From Pseudomonadota bacterium (GTDB taxonomy: Bacteria; Pseudomonadota; Alphaproteobacteria; Caulobacterales; Hyphomonadaceae), in NCBI GenBank assembly GCA_036338795.1, contig JAYZBJ010000175.1, positions 1 through 42,651 on the forward strand: a DNA stretch of 42,651 nt, read 5' to 3'. The position numbers were made by a program, and so were the translations under genes. Positions within the stretch are counted from its first letter, which is position 1. Each line of letters opens with the position of its first letter. The notes beneath the pieces were generated by a model that was not told the origin of the DNA, ran no database searches, and was given only the letters and a program-made list of their open reading frames with translations. Of the stretch, positions 28,443-37,948 are shown piece after piece.

Positions 28443-30128
28443 ATGGACGGTACAGTTAGCGACAAGGTTTCGCCGGTGATGAGCGATCTCATCGGTGCGA
28501 TGAAGGACGCGGTCACAAGCGTGGAGGCCTTCGGTGAGGACGCCAAGTCCGCCATGAAGGACAAGCTCGCCCCATCCGGAAAGCCGGATCGCAAGGCGCT
28601 TGACCTTCACCAGCATGCGGCGCACGGCCTGTCCTGGGTCATTACCTACGTGGAAACGCTCCGCGAAGTCTCTCACTGGGCCGAACGTCTTGAGACCGAA
28701 GGCAAGTTTGGCGAGATCGAACAGCTGCTTTCGCAAATCCTGTTTGCCGAGTATTGCGCGCAGCTGATTGGCGGCATCCCGATGAACCAGGGCGAGATCA
28801 TTCGTCCGGCCGACCTCGGGGTTTCACGCGACGCCATGCAGCGCCTGTTTGATCCATCGATCCAGCGCTTCCTGTCGGAGGGCAAGACCACCGATGTGAT
28901 GGCCGCTGCGGCGCGCCACCTGCCCGATGCGCTTGGCCGCGCCACGGTCGAGGAGACGGGCCTGGACGAGACCCTTTCCATGATCAGGGACCAGTTCCGT
29001 CGCTTTGCGACCGACCAGATTTTGCCGCACGCGCATGAGTGGCACCTTCAAAACGCTTACATCCCGATGCCGGTCGTCGAAGAAATGGCCGAGCTCGGCG
29101 TGTTCGGCCTGACAATCCCGGAAGAGTTTGGCGGCCTCGGCATGGGCAAGACGTCGATGTGCGTCGTCTCTGAAGAGCTGTCGCGTGGCTATATCGGAAC
29201 CGGCTCTCTCGGCACCCGCTCTGAAATCGCAGCAGAACTGATCCTGATCGGCGGCACCGATGAGCAGAAAGAGAAGTATCTGCCGGCCATCGCCTCCGGC
29301 GAGATCCTGCCGACAGCAGTTTTCACCGAGCCGAACACCGGCTCCGACCTTGGCGGCCTGAAGACACGCGCGGTTAAGGACGGCGATACCTACAAGATCA
29401 CCGGTAACAAGACGTGGATCACGCACCCGGTTCGCGCCGACATGATGACCGTGCTCGCTCGGACAGACCCGGACACGAACAACTTTTCCGGCCTGTCGAT
29501 GTTCCTCGCGGAGAAACCACGCGGCGACGATAGCAATCCATTCCCGGCCAAAGGCATGACGGGTGGTGAGATCGAAGTGCTCGGCTATCGCGGCATGAAG
29601 GAATACGAAATCGGCTTCGATGAATTCGAAGTGCCGGCGAAAAACCTTCTCGGCGAGACCGAAGGCATGGGCTTCCGTCACCTCATGGCTACCTTTGAAA
29701 GCGCCCGCATCCAGACAGCGGCCCGCGCAATCGGCGTTGCACAGAATGCGTTCGAGCTCGGCCTGCGCTACGCGCTGGATCGGCAGCAGTTCAACCGGTC
29801 GATTTTCGAGTTTCCGCGTGTGGCGAACAAGCTGGTCATGATGGCCGCCGAACTGATCGGCGTCCGCCAGCTGACCTACTATTCGGCTCGCCAGAAAGAC
29901 TCAGGCAAGCGGTGTGACCTCGAAGCCGGCATGGCGAAACTCATCGGCGCCCGCGTCGCCTGGGCCGCCGCGGACAATGCGGTCCAGATCCATGGTGGCA
30001 ACGGTTTCGCGCTTGAATATCCCGTCAGCCGCGTGTTGCAGGATGCCCGCATCCTGAACATCTTCGAAGGCGCTGGTGAAGTTCAGGCCATGGTCATCGC
30101 CCGCCGCCTGATCGAACAGGCAAACTAG
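28443..30128 (+). CDS. mcd: Acyl-CoA dehydrogenase, probable (2S)-methylsuccinyl-CoA dehydrogenase of the ethylmalonyl-CoA pathway
   Basis: ~560 aa with N-terminal extension (QHAAHGLSW, GGIPMNQGE); TAVFTEPNTGSDL, GNKTWITH, GYRGMKEY, IHGGNGFALEY, IFEGAGEVQ. Confidence 0.8.
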   Translation: MDGTVSDKVSPVMSDLIGAMKDAVTSVEAFGEDAKSAMKDKLAPSGKPDRKALDLHQHAAHGLSWVITYVETLREVSHWAERLETEGKFGEIEQLLSQILFAEYCAQLIGGIPMNQGEIIRPADLGVSRDAMQRLFDPSIQRFLSEGKTTDVMAAAARHLPDALGRATVEETGLDETLSMIRDQFRRFATDQILPHAHEWHLQNAYIPMPVVEEMAELGVFGLTIPEEFGGLGMGKTSMCVVSEELSRGYIGTGSLGTRSEIAAELILIGGTDEQKEKYLPAIASGEILPTAVFTEPNTGSDLGGLKTRAVKDGDTYKITGNKTWITHPVRADMMTVLARTDPDTNNFSGLSMFLAEKPRGDDSNPFPAKGMTGGEIEVLGYRGMKEYEIGFDEFEVPAKNLLGETEGMGFRHLMATFESARIQTAARAIGVAQNAFELGLRYALDRQQFNRSIFEFPRVANKLVMMAAELIGVRQLTYYSARQKDSGKRCDLEAGMAKLIGARVAWAAADNAVQIHGGNGFALEYPVSRVLQDARILNIFEGAGEVQAMVIARRLIEQAN

Positions 30129-30682
30129 GCGCGCAGGTCGACCACTCGCACCGCGCGTGAATGGCTCTCCCGGTCCCAGTGATAGGTACCGGGAGTTGCA
30201 TCCTGCTGGGATGCGGCGATGAAGGTCACCGGGAACTGGCAAAGCGCGAAAAAGGCGGAGAATGTCCGGTGGGCGTATTCGGGCGTTCCATTTGTCCCGT
30301 CCACCGGCTCGATCCGGTAACCCATGACATACTGCCCGGGCGTCGCGCGGCCAAAAACGGCATGTAGCCAGAAGTGACAGAAAACAAGCGCAACGCCGAT
30401 GAACACGGCAGCTGCCATGTGCACCAATGACAGGACTGGGTGCAGGACGAGGAACAGCGCGACCATGTCGATACCGAATGCAGCAAGGCGGCGCCAGAGC
30501 CGTACCGGTTTGTCGGTCTCGATCACGTCGCGTGCTGGCAGATAGCCGAACAGGAAGGCCGCGAGCGCCAGGCCTGAGAACAGGCGCACGGATCCACCGT
30601 CAGGCACGATACCGAGCAGGGGCACGCCAACCCATGTGCCCATGAAGAGAAGCAGACCTGCCAGGACCATCCAGCGTTTCAT
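30125..30682 (-). CDS. RDD family membrane protein
   Basis: WRRLAAFGID and TPGQYVMGYRI motifs, C-terminal WD; start at 30682 or 30694. Confidence 0.75.
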   Translation of the reverse strand: MKRWMVLAGLLLFMGTWVGVPLLGIVPDGGSVRLFSGLALAAFLFGYLPARDVIETDKPVRLWRRLAAFGIDMVALFLVLHPVLSLVHMAAAVFIGVALVFCHFWLHAVFGRATPGQYVMGYRIEPVDGTNGTPEYAHRTFSAFFALCQFPVTFIAASQQDATPGTYHWDRESHSRAVRVVDLRA

Positions 30683-30751
30683 GGCGAAAATCATAAGCCC
30701 TCTGCGCGAAGCCTTTGCAATGGATCGCGGCTAGAATTCGCGCGCTGCGCA

Positions 30752-30793
30752 TCAGAATGCCACCAGAACGTTTTCAGAATGCAGCCAGAACGT
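30752..30793 (+). repeat. Tandem 22-bp direct repeat, equivalent to four CAGAA(C/T) units at 11-bp spacing
   Basis: TCAGAATGCCACCAGAACGT and TCAGAATGCAGCCAGAACGT. Confidence 0.75.
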
Positions 30794-30896
30794 CTGGAAC
30801 CGGCAATTCTGCCCCAGAGTTTCCCCACCGTTGCAGATGAATCGACAAGCGTTGCGGACTGCCTCTATAGGGGGCTGAAATCGACCGGAGAGCCCC

Positions 30897-31244
30897 ATGA
30901 ACGAAGCAGACTGGAACTTCACCGAACAACAAGCTGAGACGGTCTGGACGTGCGAACAGCTGCGCGACAAGCAGGGTGTGAAACCGCACAGCGATATCAT
31001 GCTCGACCTCTTTTTCGCGCCAATCGACGGCGAGGACGCACGCCGTGAAGCCCTTGAAAAGTCACTGGAAAGCTTCGGCTACCAGCTGCAGGAGAGCGAG
31101 GAAGCCGATCAGGTGGCGGTCAGCGTCGGGCCGATCCCGTTCACGCCGCAGGATATCTGGCTTCACGAGGAGCGGACTACCAAAATGGCGCTCGCCCGCG
31201 GCTTCAAGCCCGACGGCTGGGGCTTTGCAGAACCGCAAGGCTGA
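30897..31244 (+). CDS. RraB-like (ribonuclease E inhibitor domain) acidic protein
   Basis: GGAG RBS; acidic 115 aa; L..FGY and C-terminal DGWG typical of RraB-domain proteins. Confidence 0.6.
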   Translation: MNEADWNFTEQQAETVWTCEQLRDKQGVKPHSDIMLDLFFAPIDGEDARREALEKSLESFGYQLQESEEADQVAVSVGPIPFTPQDIWLHEERTTKMALARGFKPDGWGFAEPQG

Positions 31245-31353
31245 TACCCGCCAAACGGCCTGGCTCGCCTGCCCGTCCGGCTTGACCTTTGGCGAGAAAA
31301 ATCGCACCCCTCGGCCCAATCCACAGTAGCGTTTACCAAGACGGGATGAATCC

Positions 31354-32667
31354 ATGCGCGTTGCAATGATCGGAACAGGCTATGTTGGCCTGGTAAGCGG
31401 AGCATGTTTTGCCGATTTCGGTCACGTTGTGACTTGTGTCGACAAGGATGCCAGCAAGATTGAGCGCCTGAAGAAAGGCGAAATCCCGATCTACGAACCG
31501 GGTCTCGACAGCCTCGTTGCGCAGAATGTAGACGCAGGCCGATTGAACTTCACCACAGAGGCAAAGGACGCAATCGCAGAGGCGGATGCGGTCTTCATCG
31601 CCGTGGGGACCCCGTCGCGCCGCGGCGATGGCCATGCCGACCTGTCCTACGTCTACGCTGCCGCCGAAGAAATCGCCGAACTGATGGACGGCTTCACCGT
31701 CGTCGTCACGAAGTCCACCGTCCCCGTCGGCACGGGCGATGAAGTCGAAGCGATCATCCGCAAGACGAAGCCGGATGCCGATTTCGCCGTAGTTTCGAAC
31801 CCGGAATTCCTTCGCGAAGGCGCGGCCATCAAGGACTTCAAGATCCCAGATCGCGTCGTCGTAGGCACCGACAATGAGCGCGCACGCGAAGTGATGCGCG
31901 AGCTCTACCGTCCGCTATTCCTGAACGAGACGCCCATCCTGTTCACGAGCCGGCGTACGTCGGAACTCATCAAATATGCCGCGAACGCTTTCCTGGCCGT
32001 GAAGATCACGTTCATCAATGAGATGGCAGACCTGTGCGAAGCGGTCGGCGCCAATGTTCAGGAAGTATCGCGCGGCATTGGCCTCGATGGTCGTATCGGA
32101 CGCAAATTCCTCAATGCTGGTCCGGGCTATGGCGGCTCATGTTTCCCGAAAGACACGCTGGCGCTCACTCGCACGGCGAATGAAGCGGGCAGCCCGGTTC
32201 GCATTGTCGATACGGTCGTTGAAGTGAACAATTCACGTAAGCGCGCCATGGCTGACAAGGTCATCAAAGCTATGGGCGGAGACGTCAAAGGCAAGACCGT
32301 TGGCGTTCTCGGACTCGCATTCAAGCCAAACACGGATGATATGCGCGATGCACCGTCACTCGACATCGTGCCTGCATTGATAGAGGCGGGCGCAAACGTG
32401 AAAGCCTACGACCCGGAAAGCATGCACGAAGCGCAGAAACTGATGACCGGTCTCGAATATGCCGAGGACGCCTACGGCGCAATCGAGGGCGCAGACGCCA
32501 TGGTGATCATCACCGAGTGGGACCAATTCCGCGCATTAGATCTTGAACGGGTCAAGGAGCTGCTGAAGAGCGACATCGTCGTGGACCTGCGAAACATTTA
32601 TTCGCCGGAAGACATGACACGCCGCGGCTTCGAGTACACGTCGGTTGGCCGGCCAGCAGGCGGCTGA
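31354..32667 (+). CDS. ugd: UDP-glucose 6-dehydrogenase
   Basis: GTGYVGL, PIYEPGL, IAVGTP, KSTVPVGT, SNPEFLREG, GYGGSCFPKD, FKPNTDDMR. Confidence 0.95.
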   Translation: MRVAMIGTGYVGLVSGACFADFGHVVTCVDKDASKIERLKKGEIPIYEPGLDSLVAQNVDAGRLNFTTEAKDAIAEADAVFIAVGTPSRRGDGHADLSYVYAAAEEIAELMDGFTVVVTKSTVPVGTGDEVEAIIRKTKPDADFAVVSNPEFLREGAAIKDFKIPDRVVVGTDNERAREVMRELYRPLFLNETPILFTSRRTSELIKYAANAFLAVKITFINEMADLCEAVGANVQEVSRGIGLDGRIGRKFLNAGPGYGGSCFPKDTLALTRTANEAGSPVRIVDTVVEVNNSRKRAMADKVIKAMGGDVKGKTVGVLGLAFKPNTDDMRDAPSLDIVPALIEAGANVKAYDPESMHEAQKLMTGLEYAEDAYGAIEGADAMVIITEWDQFRALDLERVKELLKSDIVVDLRNIYSPEDMTRRGFEYTSVGRPAGG

Positions 32668-32813
32668 GGCGAGGTTCGCAAACCACCCGACCCGGCTTCG
32701 CATACCTGAACTCCCGCCTTGGCTGTCGCCCAGCGGGATTTCTGGCACGTCAAATAATGAAGATATCCGGCACGTCACTTGACTTGCTGCCGGCTTGATA
32801 AGAATGCGGTTCC

Positions 32814-33290
32814 ATGAATGGAATGGCCGACGATATCGCACACATCATCCAGCTGGCCGTGGCGCCGGTCTTCCTGATCGCAGGTATCGGCGGCCTGCTG
32901 AACGTGCTGGCAAACCGTCTTGGCCGCGTCGTCGACAGGACACGGGCACTCGAAGTCGAGCTATCGATCGAACAGCCGATGGAAACTCACCCCGTCTGGG
33001 CAAAGGAGCTGGTTCTACTCGACCGCCGCATGGCCTGGATCAACCGTGCGATCACCTTATCAACCACGGCCATGTTGCTCGTCTGTCTCGTCATCGTGAC
33101 GCTTTTCACGGGTCAGCTTCTGTCATTCAACCTGTCGGCCCTGATCTCGGTTCTCTTCATCCTGACGATGGGCGCCATGATCGCCGCGCTCGGTAGCTTC
33201 CTCTGGGAAATCCACGTTGCAGCGGCGATGCTGAGGGTCCGGACGGACGTGCTTGAGCGCATGCAGATCAAGCGGAAGCGTTTTTTCTGA
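32814..33290 (+). CDS. DUF2721 family membrane protein
   Basis: IQLAVAPVFLI.GIG.LLNV...RLGRVVDR.R, three hydrophobic segments, FL.EI. Confidence 0.8.
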   Translation: MNGMADDIAHIIQLAVAPVFLIAGIGGLLNVLANRLGRVVDRTRALEVELSIEQPMETHPVWAKELVLLDRRMAWINRAITLSTTAMLLVCLVIVTLFTGQLLSFNLSALISVLFILTMGAMIAALGSFLWEIHVAAAMLRVRTDVLERMQIKRKRFF

Positions 33291-33296
33291 ACGCGA

Positions 33297-34664
33297 TCAG
33301 CCCGTTTGACGCAATCTGTGCACTCCAGCCCACAATGCGTTGAGCACCAAGGCGACGATGAGGGTCAGGCCCGCCATCGGAAGGAACACCCCCAGAATGA
33401 GTATCAATCCGACAACACCGATCGCAATCTTACGGTCGGATGGCATGGGCGGCACCGCCATCCTGCCTGCGGGACGGCGCTTCCACCACATGATTGCACC
33501 GGTCATCGACAAGCCGACAATGCCTAGCGCTGCCAGCAACGCTATCACCTGATTGAACCAACCGAACAGTGCGCCCTCATGGAAGGACACCCCTAAGGCC
33601 ATCGTCCTGTCGACGATATTGTGATCATCAAAGCGGATGCGCATGACTTGTTCACCGGTCCAGCGGTCATAGTGAACGGTCTCCTGCCTGAGACGGTTTG
33701 GGCTCATCCCACGGACGGTCCAGACGCCATTCTCACCACGAGGCGGTTGGACCCAGACGGGCGCTTCGAAACCCTCATTCATTGCCTGTGTGACAATCTC
33801 ATCGACACTCAGAGGCGAAGACGCGATGCTCTCGACGGGCAGTGATGCATTTCGCTCAGGGACCCGGTTTTCGGTCTCCCACAGCGTTCCGCCCATCTCG
33901 TGTAACGTATGCGGATCCGAGGACTGGAGCGTTACAAACCAGACCTGACCGGGGGACTGCAGGCCCGCTAAGGCTTTTGCGCGACTGAACCCTTCGCCCC
34001 ACACCTGCGTCCAGGGCAAGCCAGACAGAACCATCACAACGGCCACCAGGCCGATCCAGGCCCCAACCGAACCGTGAAGGCGTTTCCAATTCTCACGTTT
34101 TCCGTGGGGAACCAGTTCCGGGATGAATGCCCGCCACCATACCACTCCACGAGGCCACCACAGGTAAAGCCCTGTCAAAAGAAGGATGAGGACCCAGCAG
34201 GCGACAATCTCCACCACAAGCGACCCGACGTCGCCACTCAGCAGTGTGCCGTGAATGCGCTTAACGATGCCCATGACACGCGACGCGGTGGGCACATCAT
34301 GCAGGATCGCTCCATTCAGCTTGTCCACCCAGACCGTACGGCTTGTTCCGTTGACGATGATCTCGGCCTCTAGCGTGTGGTCCCGCTCACTTCTCGGAAG
34401 GATCAGTCGTACGAGGTTTGCGTCAGGATGCACATAAAGGACGGCATCAAGCGCCTGCTGGGTCTCGATGGTTTTGCTTTCGACCGTTGCGAAATCGGAT
34501 TTCGAATTGATCTTTTGCTCGATCGCAGAGTCAAATTGAGGTTTGAACAGGTAGATTGCGCCGGTCAACGCGATAATGACGGTGAACGGCACGACCAGAA
34601 GTCCGGCGAAGAAATGCCAGCGCCAGACGCGGCGCTGGAGGGCTGAACGATTGACGCTGGTCAT
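33297..34664 (-). CDS. PepSY-associated TM helix (PepSY_TM) protein
   Basis: VWRWHFFAGL, LTGAIYLF, RIHGTLL, TGLYLWWPR, LHGSVG, SGLPW, FHEGALFG, WWKRRP; GGGAGAG RBS. Confidence 0.9.
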   Translation of the reverse strand: MTSVNRSALQRRVWRWHFFAGLLVVPFTVIIALTGAIYLFKPQFDSAIEQKINSKSDFATVESKTIETQQALDAVLYVHPDANLVRLILPRSERDHTLEAEIIVNGTSRTVWVDKLNGAILHDVPTASRVMGIVKRIHGTLLSGDVGSLVVEIVACWVLILLLTGLYLWWPRGVVWWRAFIPELVPHGKRENWKRLHGSVGAWIGLVAVVMVLSGLPWTQVWGEGFSRAKALAGLQSPGQVWFVTLQSSDPHTLHEMGGTLWETENRVPERNASLPVESIASSPLSVDEIVTQAMNEGFEAPVWVQPPRGENGVWTVRGMSPNRLRQETVHYDRWTGEQVMRIRFDDHNIVDRTMALGVSFHEGALFGWFNQVIALLAALGIVGLSMTGAIMWWKRRPAGRMAVPPMPSDRKIAIGVVGLILILGVFLPMAGLTLIVALVLNALWAGVHRLRQTG

Positions 34665-34674
34665 CTCTCTCTCC

Positions 34675-36681
34675 CTAGAAGCGGGCCCGGACGCCGCCGA
34701 AGACAGCGCGCCGCTCCACTGGGTAGAAAATGCGAGAGCTCTGATCCGCTGTGATGACGGCCGATACGTCGCCGACGGCGTTCTCATCTGTCAGGTTGCG
34801 GGCATCGATGAACACGTCGATCTGCTCGTTAACGCTCCATGCACCGCTGACACCCAGCAGAACATAGCCATCTGTCTGCAAACTGTTGTCGTAGTCGGCG
34901 AAGGGGCCTTCAGGAATCCACTCGAAACTCGGCGAAATGTGTAGCATGTCACCGCCGAGACGCAGCTCGGCGCGATATACGTGCTCAGGCACTACCGGCA
35001 GGCGATTGTCGCCGTATTGTGCATCGTTCTCAAAGCTGAAATCAGACCAGTTCCAGATTTGCCTAAGCTGAAGCCAATCGTTGATCTCGAGAGAGAGCGC
35101 TGCCTCGATCCCTTGGTGGATCGTTTCGTCAGCGTTGAACGTAGATGCGGGGACATCCGGCCCGGTGCGAAACTGCAGCATTTCGCCCTCGATTTCAGCG
35201 CGATAAATCGAGACATCCCACATCGCCATGCCGTGATGCCCGCGAGAACCGGCTTCCATTGTCCATGCCGTCTGAGCATCGACGGGTACGAAGCTGTTGA
35301 CCTGGGCCAGCTCGATGAAGCCGGGGAACTCCGCCGAACGGCTGTAGTTCGCATAGAGCTGAACGGTGGGCGTATAATCATAGAGGACGCCGAACTTCGG
35401 TGAGAATTCGCTAAATTCCGCCTGTCCTGCCACGCCAGTCGGGCCACCCGCGAAGGCGTTAAAGACCTCATATTGTTCCCGTTCACCATCAGTATAAACA
35501 CCACCGACCACAAGCGTCAGCTGGTCCGTCGGGCGGTACCGGCCCTCGGCATAAAGGTTGGTTGTCCTTGCGTCCTGATCGGCTGCGAAGGTCAGCGTAC
35601 CTCGCTCACCATCAAGATTCACATACCTTTCGGAGTCCACGTCACCCTTTCGGCTGTCGAAGCCGAGCGTGAATTCGAAGTCATCGCCCACCCAGTCATA
35701 TCTCGCGAACAGACCGCGATCGATGGTCTCCTGATCCACGACCTGAAAGATTGGATGATAAAGCGATTTCTCATTCAGGTAGCCGCCGATCTCGAGTCGC
35801 CCTGCTCCCAGATTGATCGTCGTACGGTTCATCAGGCGGACAGAGTCGATATCCCGCGCCTGATCGCCCACGAAGTTTCCGGTCTCCGGATCGTTCAACG
35901 CAATGGGTAACGTCAACGCCCCCGGCAGCTCCTGGTCAATTTCGTTGACGCTGGCATAGAAGCGCGTTGAGATCGCGTCAGACAGCCGATAGCCGATATT
36001 GCCGTGGAAACGGATAGATTCACGATGAGCGTGATTTCGATCACCGTCTGACGTATCAGCACTGATTGCGCCCCACGCATCCAGTCGATCGCCAGAATGG
36101 CCGTAAGCGACGAGACCCCGCGCCGTATTCCAGCTGCCAACATCGCCTCTCACATATAGACCGGGTGCCGTCAGTCCCGTCGGGGTAACACCGTTCACAG
36201 CACCGCCAAGCGTGCCGGAGCCAAAGCGAAGCGCATTCGCCCCGCGATAAACTTCGAGATGGTCGAAGAAGATTGGGTCCAGCTCCTGAAAGTCACCATT
36301 GTCGTCTGACAGGTTGATCGGCACGCCGTCTTGCAACAGCGTCAAACCACGCATGTGAAATCCTCGTGATAGGCCCGATCCGCGAATAGAGATGCGAATT
36401 TCCTGTCCGTAACGTGGCTGCGTGTACACCCCAGGCGTGAATGCGAGCGTGTCACGCAGGGAGACGAGATACTTGTCCGCATAGTCCTCATGGCTGATCA
36501 CGTCAGCGCCGCCTGGCGTCTTTGCGACGTAGCTTTCGGCGCGGTTGGCGCCAACGTTTGAGGTGACGAGAATCGTATCTTCAATCCGTTCGGCATCGTC
36601 CGCGATGGCAACGGAGGTGAGCGAAAGCGCACTACCCAGCAGGAAGAGGCTGGAGCGGGCGGCAAATGTTCTGGTTTTCAT
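34675..36681 (-). CDS. TonB-dependent receptor (probable metal uptake)
   Basis: Signal peptide, DTILVT TonB box, ISIRGSG, LEVYRGANALRFG...LGGAVN plug, RNLTD, C-terminal Phe. Confidence 0.9.
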   Translation of the reverse strand: MKTRTFAARSSLFLLGSALSLTSVAIADDAERIEDTILVTSNVGANRAESYVAKTPGGADVISHEDYADKYLVSLRDTLAFTPGVYTQPRYGQEIRISIRGSGLSRGFHMRGLTLLQDGVPINLSDDNGDFQELDPIFFDHLEVYRGANALRFGSGTLGGAVNGVTPTGLTAPGLYVRGDVGSWNTARGLVAYGHSGDRLDAWGAISADTSDGDRNHAHRESIRFHGNIGYRLSDAISTRFYASVNEIDQELPGALTLPIALNDPETGNFVGDQARDIDSVRLMNRTTINLGAGRLEIGGYLNEKSLYHPIFQVVDQETIDRGLFARYDWVGDDFEFTLGFDSRKGDVDSERYVNLDGERGTLTFAADQDARTTNLYAEGRYRPTDQLTLVVGGVYTDGEREQYEVFNAFAGGPTGVAGQAEFSEFSPKFGVLYDYTPTVQLYANYSRSAEFPGFIELAQVNSFVPVDAQTAWTMEAGSRGHHGMAMWDVSIYRAEIEGEMLQFRTGPDVPASTFNADETIHQGIEAALSLEINDWLQLRQIWNWSDFSFENDAQYGDNRLPVVPEHVYRAELRLGGDMLHISPSFEWIPEGPFADYDNSLQTDGYVLLGVSGAWSVNEQIDVFIDARNLTDENAVGDVSAVITADQSSRIFYPVERRAVFGGVRARF

Positions 36682-36760
36682 TTATTTTGACAGAGTCCGA
36701 GTGTGCGGCGGGCCTGCGGCCCGCGCTAGTTTTCAGGAAGAGATGGATGAACGGGCGGGC

Positions 36761-37867
36761 CTAGAAGGCCTTCTGCCAGCCGACAGTGAATGTCAGATCG
36801 GTCTCCAGCTGCGGTCCGTTGAGGTCCCGGTAAAGGGGCACGCCAAGCTCGAAGGCCAACCTGTGCCCCCTCAGCCCGCCAGCCTGACCCGCCAGGTTAA
36901 GACCCAGCAGCGCCTCAAGCGTCTCGCCGCCATGATTACCCGGATCAGCCGTCTGGACCGGTGCCATGATCATTGTGTCGCGGCCATCGATCTGGCCGAC
37001 TGACTGGGCTTTCAGCCGACCTGAGAACGACACCCACGGGCGTGGTTCATATGCCAGCCAGGCCGTTGCACCAACAACATCGCCAAGCGTGTAGCCTTCA
37101 TCATTCTCACCGAGGCGGATCGTGCCAGATAGCTGCCCACCATAGCTCCACTGCCCCGACCGGCTGCGCGCTGTCAGAGAGGGTTTCAGGTCATAGGTGC
37201 CGGAGCCAAGCTGCATCGGGTAAGGCATACGAAGCGTCGGCCGCATGTTCATGGGAGTCAGCACCTGTGCTGTCTCATCAATCGACCCGGTGGGAAGTGA
37301 GACGGACAGGCCCAGATTGAGCTGGGCGTGCTCGTTGCTTCCATCGTCGAGGCCAATGATTGCACCAATGGTGGTGTCCCCCCAGCCAGAGCTCTCGGTG
37401 GTAAACCGGCCCAACTGCGTCGCTCCCATGCCTCCCTGGTACGTGACGTGCTCCATCTCATTTTCGAGATACATGCCCATCGCCATCAGGGTGACGCGAT
37501 CATTCAGGCCATACATGACGCCCGGCATGATCATCTTCATCGGCATATCCAGCGGCACAACCCGGAGCGTCGGAGGCATGCCCGCGAATGGGTTCGGCTC
37601 CGATGTCGCGATGTCCTCGGGAGACACGCTGTCAGTGCCATCACGATTGCCTGACATGTCCATATACATCGCCCGAAGGGAGACCATGAACTCGCCTTTC
37701 TTGTGGCGATGGTCAGCCATGACGCCAATCGGGGCATGATCCGTTGCGTAGGTTACCTTTCCGCCGTCGCCCTCATGAGCATTTGCGGGCATGGCAAGTG
37801 ACGTGAAAACGGCCGTCGCGGCGACGGTCGAGTGGAATGCGCGGCGGCGCACGTTCTGCAGTTTCAT
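36761..37867 (-). CDS. His/Met-rich outer-membrane beta-barrel 'transporter' (putative metal channel)
   Basis: Signal peptide ending ANA|H; DHAPIGVMADHRHKKGEFM; G.GD, SLPTG, MQLGSGTYD; C-terminal WQKAF beta-signal. Confidence 0.75.
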   Translation of the reverse strand: MKLQNVRRRAFHSTVAATAVFTSLAMPANAHEGDGGKVTYATDHAPIGVMADHRHKKGEFMVSLRAMYMDMSGNRDGTDSVSPEDIATSEPNPFAGMPPTLRVVPLDMPMKMIMPGVMYGLNDRVTLMAMGMYLENEMEHVTYQGGMGATQLGRFTTESSGWGDTTIGAIIGLDDGSNEHAQLNLGLSVSLPTGSIDETAQVLTPMNMRPTLRMPYPMQLGSGTYDLKPSLTARSRSGQWSYGGQLSGTIRLGENDEGYTLGDVVGATAWLAYEPRPWVSFSGRLKAQSVGQIDGRDTMIMAPVQTADPGNHGGETLEALLGLNLAGQAGGLRGHRLAFELGVPLYRDLNGPQLETDLTFTVGWQKAF

Positions 37868-37879
37868 AGATGTGTCTTT

Positions 37880-37948
37880 CTTCCATTGCACACCGCCTAC
37901 TCGGGCGTGCGCGTACTGATTTCCGGTTTGAGAAAAATCAGATGGAAG
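37880..37948 (-). promoter_or_regulatory. Putative translational attenuator: three-way junction sequestering the downstream RBS
   Basis: On the - strand RNA: CUUCCAU (37948-37942) pairs with AUGGAAG (37886-37880); CUGAUUU pairs with AAAUCAG; GCGCACGCC pairs with GGCGGUGUGC. Confidence 0.55.

Noticed and set aside
32744-32783. GGCACGTCA direct repeat as a sigma54 promoter
   Set aside because: Neither copy has the required GC at -12 (AATAA and TTGA instead of TTGC)
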